Positions 59,847-64,000 of a DNA stretch of 64,000 nt are shown in pieces (the stretch's first letter is position 1; each line of letters opens with the position of its first letter). The notes beneath the pieces were generated by a model, which did no database searches, was not told the DNA's origin, and saw nothing but the letters and a program-made list of their open reading frames with translations. The translations under genes and the position numbers were made by a program. The DNA lies in contig JAWOCD010000099.1 in the NCBI GenBank assembly GCA_046483985.1, positions 32,001 through 96,000 of the forward strand, written 5' to 3'. This DNA comes from Promethearchaeia archaeon (GTDB lineage Archaea; Asgardarchaeota; Lokiarchaeia; Sigyniarchaeales; SOKP01).

Positions 59847-60527
59847 TTAATTCTCTTCCCGAGGTTTTTTTGAAATTATTACCCTTGCGGGCCTCAATAC
59901 ATTTCGTGGATCATTCACATAATAACCATTTTCTACTACTTCCAGTATCTCGTTATTTGGGAGATCTTTGTTTTCTTGAACCATCACCGCTTCATGCTTA
60001 TAGGGATCGAATTTCTCTCCGTTGCACTGTATCTTTTTGACCCCTTGATCTTCCAGCAGCCTTTCGTAGTTTTTCATAACCATCTGAAATCCGCGTTTTA
60101 CTTGTTCATTTTCGGTCTGTTGAATGGCTTCCCACCCACTCTGTAAGGTGTCGTAATGGTTTAGTAGTTTTTTCAGGAGCGTGTTTTTATAGCTTTCCCG
60201 GTCCCTCGCTTTCTCCTTGTCCACTCTTTTCCGATAGTTATCGAGGTCCGCGCGCGTGCGGCATAATGCTTCATAATATTTCTTGGAATCTTGCTCCAAT
60301 TTTTTGACTTTCTCCTCGTTTCCTTTTAGTTGTTTAATTTTATCTTCCAGTTTCTCTGCTTCCTTTACGAGCTTTTTATATTCTTGCTCAAGGGAATCAC
60401 ATTTCTCGGCTTTCTCCAGCAGTTCTTTCAGTTTCTTCTTCGTGATTTCCACTTTTTGCGTTGTTTTTTGGTTTCTTGATCTTGTTCGGTTATTCATAAA
60501 ATCATCCACATGGTTTCCAAATACCAT
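59847..60527 (-). CDS. grpE: Nucleotide exchange factor GrpE
   Basis: ADLDNYRKR, FDPYKHEAV, GY...VLRPARV. Confidence 0.93.
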   Translation of the reverse strand: MVFGNHVDDFMNNRTRSRNQKTTQKVEITKKKLKELLEKAEKCDSLEQEYKKLVKEAEKLEDKIKQLKGNEEKVKKLEQDSKKYYEALCRTRADLDNYRKRVDKEKARDRESYKNTLLKKLLNHYDTLQSGWEAIQQTENEQVKRGFQMVMKNYERLLEDQGVKKIQCNGEKFDPYKHEAVMVQENKDLPNNEILEVVENGYYVNDPRNVLRPARVIISKKPREEN

Positions 60528-60952
60528 TTTTTAATATCTCCCACTTTCTTATGTGTTTTTTTGGGTTTTTTCGCTCAAGTCAATCTGAGTTTGTAAACCT
60601 CTTATTTACATATACTTTATTATAAAATTATAAATTGACATATTTAAATGTTTGGTTTTTGGTTTATAAGTGAGCAGTACTAAAAAACTATAATCGGGAA
60701 GAGAAAAGATGAAAAAGTTTATAAGCATAAGATGCTCTAAGAAAAACTACATAAAACATTCCATAACCGAGAGCATATCGATGATGCACGTTGTGGAAAA
60801 GTTTTCTGATTCTTTTAAGCTCTCCTTTTTGATGATCTTTGCAGATGGGATCTCGTTTGGTCTTGGTTATATGACGAGGCTATTTAATCTACCTCTCTCT
60901 CAGTAAATTCCAGAACGAAAAAAGAAAACCTTTTTTTTCCTCGCTTTTTATC

Positions 60953-62545
60953 ATGGATATGGAAAAAAGCAGAAAGAGAAAGTGGACTCAATTTCTTTCA
61001 ACCTACATTTATTTAATTGACACTATCATAAGTTTTGTATTTTTTTCTTATCTTTTAGGATCATGGTTGTTTAGCGTGGCATCATATAGCCATTTATTTT
61101 TTTCCATTTCAATAACTTGTGTAATTATATTGGTCTTGTCGCTATTATTAATTGACTTAGTGTTGAATAGAAAAAAGAAGGCATTTTCTCTGCAGATATT
61201 TTTCAATTTAGTATTATTTCTATTATATGCGATTCTTTTATTCCTACTCCTTTATACTTTACATAATATATTTACCCTTGGGGGCATAATTTTTTCTGCT
61301 TTGATACTGTTTAAATTCCTAAGAATAGGCTGTCTTATCTCTTCGAGAACAAAGGATAAAAAAAAATGGAAAGAAAGTAAAATCACACGGATTCATCTCA
61401 AAAGGAGAAAATTCTTAGGGCTCGCATTTGTGGTTTTGTTTTGCTTACCCTTCATTGTTTTTATTTTGGGGCTTACTCCCTACACTGCTGCCGTTGTTGA
61501 AATCGATATAAACGATCAACAAGGGAATGGAAAAGGGTCAAATGAACTTCAATTATCGTTCTATGCAACCTTAGAAAGTTACAATTACTTAACGGACTCT
61601 AAAATATTATCTGGCTTGAACGGGTCAGATGTGGAAAACGGTGATCTTTCCCCAGTGGAGATCTTATTGCTGGTATCAGACTCCCAATTAAATCATTCAG
61701 ATTCCTCCCGTAAACTTGCACAAATGGTGAAAAATTGCACAACAAGTGGACTTGAGATATGGATTTGGTTTGTGTATGATGAAGTAGAGGGTCATTACCC
61801 TTCTTATATGAATTACGAGTATATGGACGATTTTAAAGAACTATTTGATGATTGGGTAAGCGATTTTAACATCAAGATAAAAGGAATCTTATTTGATAAT
61901 GAAATGGACGAATTAGATATCTCAACTGAAGATCTATTTGGTTCTTTCAAAAAATTAATGGAACATAGAAAAGAAGTTAGTAAAGATTGGGATAATGCGG
62001 TAAAGGCTTATAAAAACGCTGCAAAGAGTTGGAGTAATGAAGGATATGACATAGCCTTAGTAGGGATGGATTTAACATTATTAGATACGGCAGATAGTGA
62101 TCCTGACATTCAGCAACTTTATGGAATCGTAAACAATCCCCCCGATATCTGGGAGCGAGTGAGTTTTATGTTTTATAGGGGTTGTGAATATCACTCCAAT
62201 CCATGGGGGCGAGATTATTTATATAATATGGCAGAATATCACAAAGAGGTCTATAGGGGGAGAGCAATTGTTGCGATTGGATGTATGGCATATGCTGCAT
62301 ATAATACGCTGGGAGATATTCTAAAAGATATTGCAATTCTCAAGTATTTGAACTACGATAGAACGGAATTGTTCGAGTTTAGAGCCTTCTATGAGGAGTT
62401 TGGTTATAGCGGGCTCATTGAAGTGCTAAAATCCTCTTTAAAAGGATGGAAAATTAAAAAATTTACAATTCACTTTTACACACTCGAATATCTTTCAAGG
62501 AGTTTGCTTTTCTTAGCAGATATTTTATTAAATCTTTATAAATAA
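60953..62545 (+). CDS. Membrane protein with about 5 N-terminal TMs and a soluble, possibly glycoside-hydrolase-like TIM barrel
   Basis: Hydrophobic N-terminus; GILFDNE, SFMFYR. Confidence 0.6.
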   Translation: MDMEKSRKRKWTQFLSTYIYLIDTIISFVFFSYLLGSWLFSVASYSHLFFSISITCVIILVLSLLLIDLVLNRKKKAFSLQIFFNLVLFLLYAILLFLLLYTLHNIFTLGGIIFSALILFKFLRIGCLISSRTKDKKKWKESKITRIHLKRRKFLGLAFVVLFCLPFIVFILGLTPYTAAVVEIDINDQQGNGKGSNELQLSFYATLESYNYLTDSKILSGLNGSDVENGDLSPVEILLLVSDSQLNHSDSSRKLAQMVKNCTTSGLEIWIWFVYDEVEGHYPSYMNYEYMDDFKELFDDWVSDFNIKIKGILFDNEMDELDISTEDLFGSFKKLMEHRKEVSKDWDNAVKAYKNAAKSWSNEGYDIALVGMDLTLLDTADSDPDIQQLYGIVNNPPDIWERVSFMFYRGCEYHSNPWGRDYLYNMAEYHKEVYRGRAIVAIGCMAYAAYNTLGDILKDIAILKYLNYDRTELFEFRAFYEEFGYSGLIEVLKSSLKGWKIKKFTIHFYTLEYLSRSLLFLADILLNLYK

Positions 62546-62610
62546 GAAAATTAAAAAGAGAAAAATCGCCCCAAAAATCCATAAATGGATATAGCCTTAT
62601 TTTCTCTCTA

Positions 62611-63228
62611 TTAGCCTCTAAAAACACGCGGAATAAACATCGGAACCTTTTCCGTGTATTTTTTATAGTCTTCTCCAAATTCTTTTTTTAATTCTTGTTC
62701 CTCTTTCCAAGCAGTTATGTAATTGTATAATATAATTACAGGGGTAACAAATAGAGAAAAAAGGGCAGATAAAAGAAGGGAAAAGCCTAAATGGGCAAGT
62801 ATAGCTCCCAGATATTGAGGATGGCGAACCTTAGAATAAACTCCGGTGTCAACCACATTATTTGCTCTATGGGTTTCCGATACTTCTAAGGAAAGATCCT
62901 TCACTCCTGCAATACCTAACCAAGTACTTAACAGAATGAATGGTAAAGAGAGGATTACATGTACAAGCGATATCGAGATTCTCAAGAGAGGAATTTGAAA
63001 GGTTGCTTTGGGAAAGAAAGGGAAGTAAAAACGCGGTTGGAAGGAGAACCAGATTCCAAATAGACAAATAAAGAACCCCCAGCCTGAAATCATCCCAAGG
63101 ATTTTTCCCAAGGTCTTACCTTTCTCTTTACCAAACTTCTCTTTTAATTTAATGTGACTGACTGAAAGAAAATGTACTGGGATAAATATTAAAAGGACAA
63201 TTAAAGATATAATGAAAATAATTGACAT
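62611..63228 (-). CDS. Isoprenylcysteine carboxylmethyltransferase/PEMT family protein
   Basis: TGVYSKVRHPQYLG, EEQEL...FGEDY..Y...VPMFIP. Confidence 0.88.
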   Translation of the reverse strand: MSIIFIISLIVLLIFIPVHFLSVSHIKLKEKFGKEKGKTLGKILGMISGWGFFICLFGIWFSFQPRFYFPFFPKATFQIPLLRISISLVHVILSLPFILLSTWLGIAGVKDLSLEVSETHRANNVVDTGVYSKVRHPQYLGAILAHLGFSLLLSALFSLFVTPVIILYNYITAWKEEQELKKEFGEDYKKYTEKVPMFIPRVFRG

Positions 63229-63286
63229 AGTTAACTCTCTTGATGGTTTTTTAAGAAATAATTATTTTTATATTAAATATTGAAAA

Positions 63287-64000
63287 CTATGATGCAACAT
63301 CTTTTACTATTTTCTTCATCGCCCCGCTTACAAGGTAGAGTTGGATATTCCGCGATCCGCCTATGATTTCTTGCACCTTACTAACCTCTAACGCTTTATC
63401 GATTCGAAGGTTATCTGTAAACGCTATCCCTCCGCATAATTGTTGAACTTCATAGGACAACCTTTGTGCCAGATTAGATGATAAATATTTCGTACCAGAA
63501 CTGAATGCTGCATTATACTTGATAAATTTAGTTTGCTCCGGGTACTTCAATGTTTTTCGATATTCCTTGGCTGTGGTCAAGCCAAATTCGGTGGCAGCCA
63601 TTAATTCTGTAAATAATTTGGTAATGGGGAATGAAACGGCTTGAAAATCGTAGACGGGTTTGCCAAATTGTTCTCGATAATTCGTATAGATAAGAGCCGT
63701 AATTGCCGTGAGCCAGCTAATCCCTAAACTGGACCCGATGATTGCATCGCGTTCCGCCACTAACCCTGCAAAGAGGTTTTTATAGCCTATTCCTTTTTTG
63801 CCTATTATATTTTTTTTGGGGACCTTCACATCGTTAAAGATGGATTGTCCGACTTGAACCCTTGGAATCGATTGAATTCCCAGCCTATGGGTTTCTACGC
63901 CCTCAAAATCTCTTTCCACTATTACTTGATACATTGTTTCGCGGGGGCGCGCCGGGTCAGAGACTCCAAAGACAATAAAATAATCTGCCACCGGTCCATT
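63287..64000 (-). CDS. Acyl-CoA dehydrogenase (5' end outside the window)
   Basis: RLGI, F.DVKVP, ER, REQFGKPV..FQ, QLCGGIAF, I.GGS.NIQ. Confidence 0.88.
   Translation of the reverse strand, partial: NGPVADYFIVFGVSDPARPRETMYQVIVERDFEGVETHRLGIQSIPRVQVGQSIFNDVKVPKKNIIGKKGIGYKNLFAGLVAERDAIIGSSLGISWLTAITALIYTNYREQFGKPVYDFQAVSFPITKLFTELMAATEFGLTTAKEYRKTLKYPEQTKFIKYNAAFSSGTKYLSSNLAQRLSYEVQQLCGGIAFTDNLRIDKALEVSKVQEIIGGSRNIQLYLVSGAMKKIVKDVAS

Noticed and set aside
60530-60700. CIRCE/HrcA operator upstream of grpE
   Set aside because: No TTAGCACTC-N9-GAGTGCTAA match.
60775-60860. Possible C/D box sRNA (ATGATG...CTGA...TGATGA) and ORF 60709-60906
   Set aside because: Boxes are imperfect, there is no terminal D box and no identifiable guide target; the ORF does not look protein-like.
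62611-63228. Eukaryote-like CAAX processing pathway (ICMT + CPBP + Rab-like)
   Set aside because: The genes are unlinked, the CPBP motifs are degenerate, the GTPase lacks a C-terminal Cys, and these families are widespread in prokaryotes.
1-64000. CRISPR arrays, rRNA, integrases, provirus; the many antisense ORFs in the ORF track
   Set aside because: No regularly spaced repeats or hallmark genes seen; short ORFs overlapping confident genes on the opposite strand are shadow frames.

Overview
AT-rich archaeal chromosomal segment, most likely from an Asgard archaeon of the Lokiarchaeia. This is inferred from a Rab-like GTPase, a TACK/Asgard-type PolB1, tetraether synthase, a three-gene RFC operon, Lys/Glu-rich helical repeat proteins and a eukaryote-like SECIS. 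The window holds about 50 protein genes: pncB, tes, polB1, tldD/tldE, dapL, copB, hisF, a PolB2/RadA-like cassette, a sirtuin, a proteasome alpha subunit, rfcS-rfcS2-rfcL, a TFB paralog and a bacterial-type grpE-dnaK-dnaJ-clpB operon. It also has one tRNA-Thr(UGU) with a non-canonical D-arm intron and at least six IS200/IS605 (TnpB/omegaRNA) relics. The strongest novel signal is at 43192-43710 (-). There a beta-grasp-like ORF seems to stop at TGA-TGA, but the frame stays open for 38 more codons to a TAA, and 16 nt later there is a kink-turn AUGA/GA hairpin with an A-rich loop. This is a candidate selenoprotein with adjacent Sec-Sec residues and its own SECIS. Other notable points are promoter-bearing omegaRNA-like mini-elements, a 78-bp ectopic copy of a tes fragment next to a dispersed repeat, an Rfc5-like catalytically degenerate RFC subunit and a probable pseudo-GTPase. 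All calls come from reading motifs by eye; no database searches were run.
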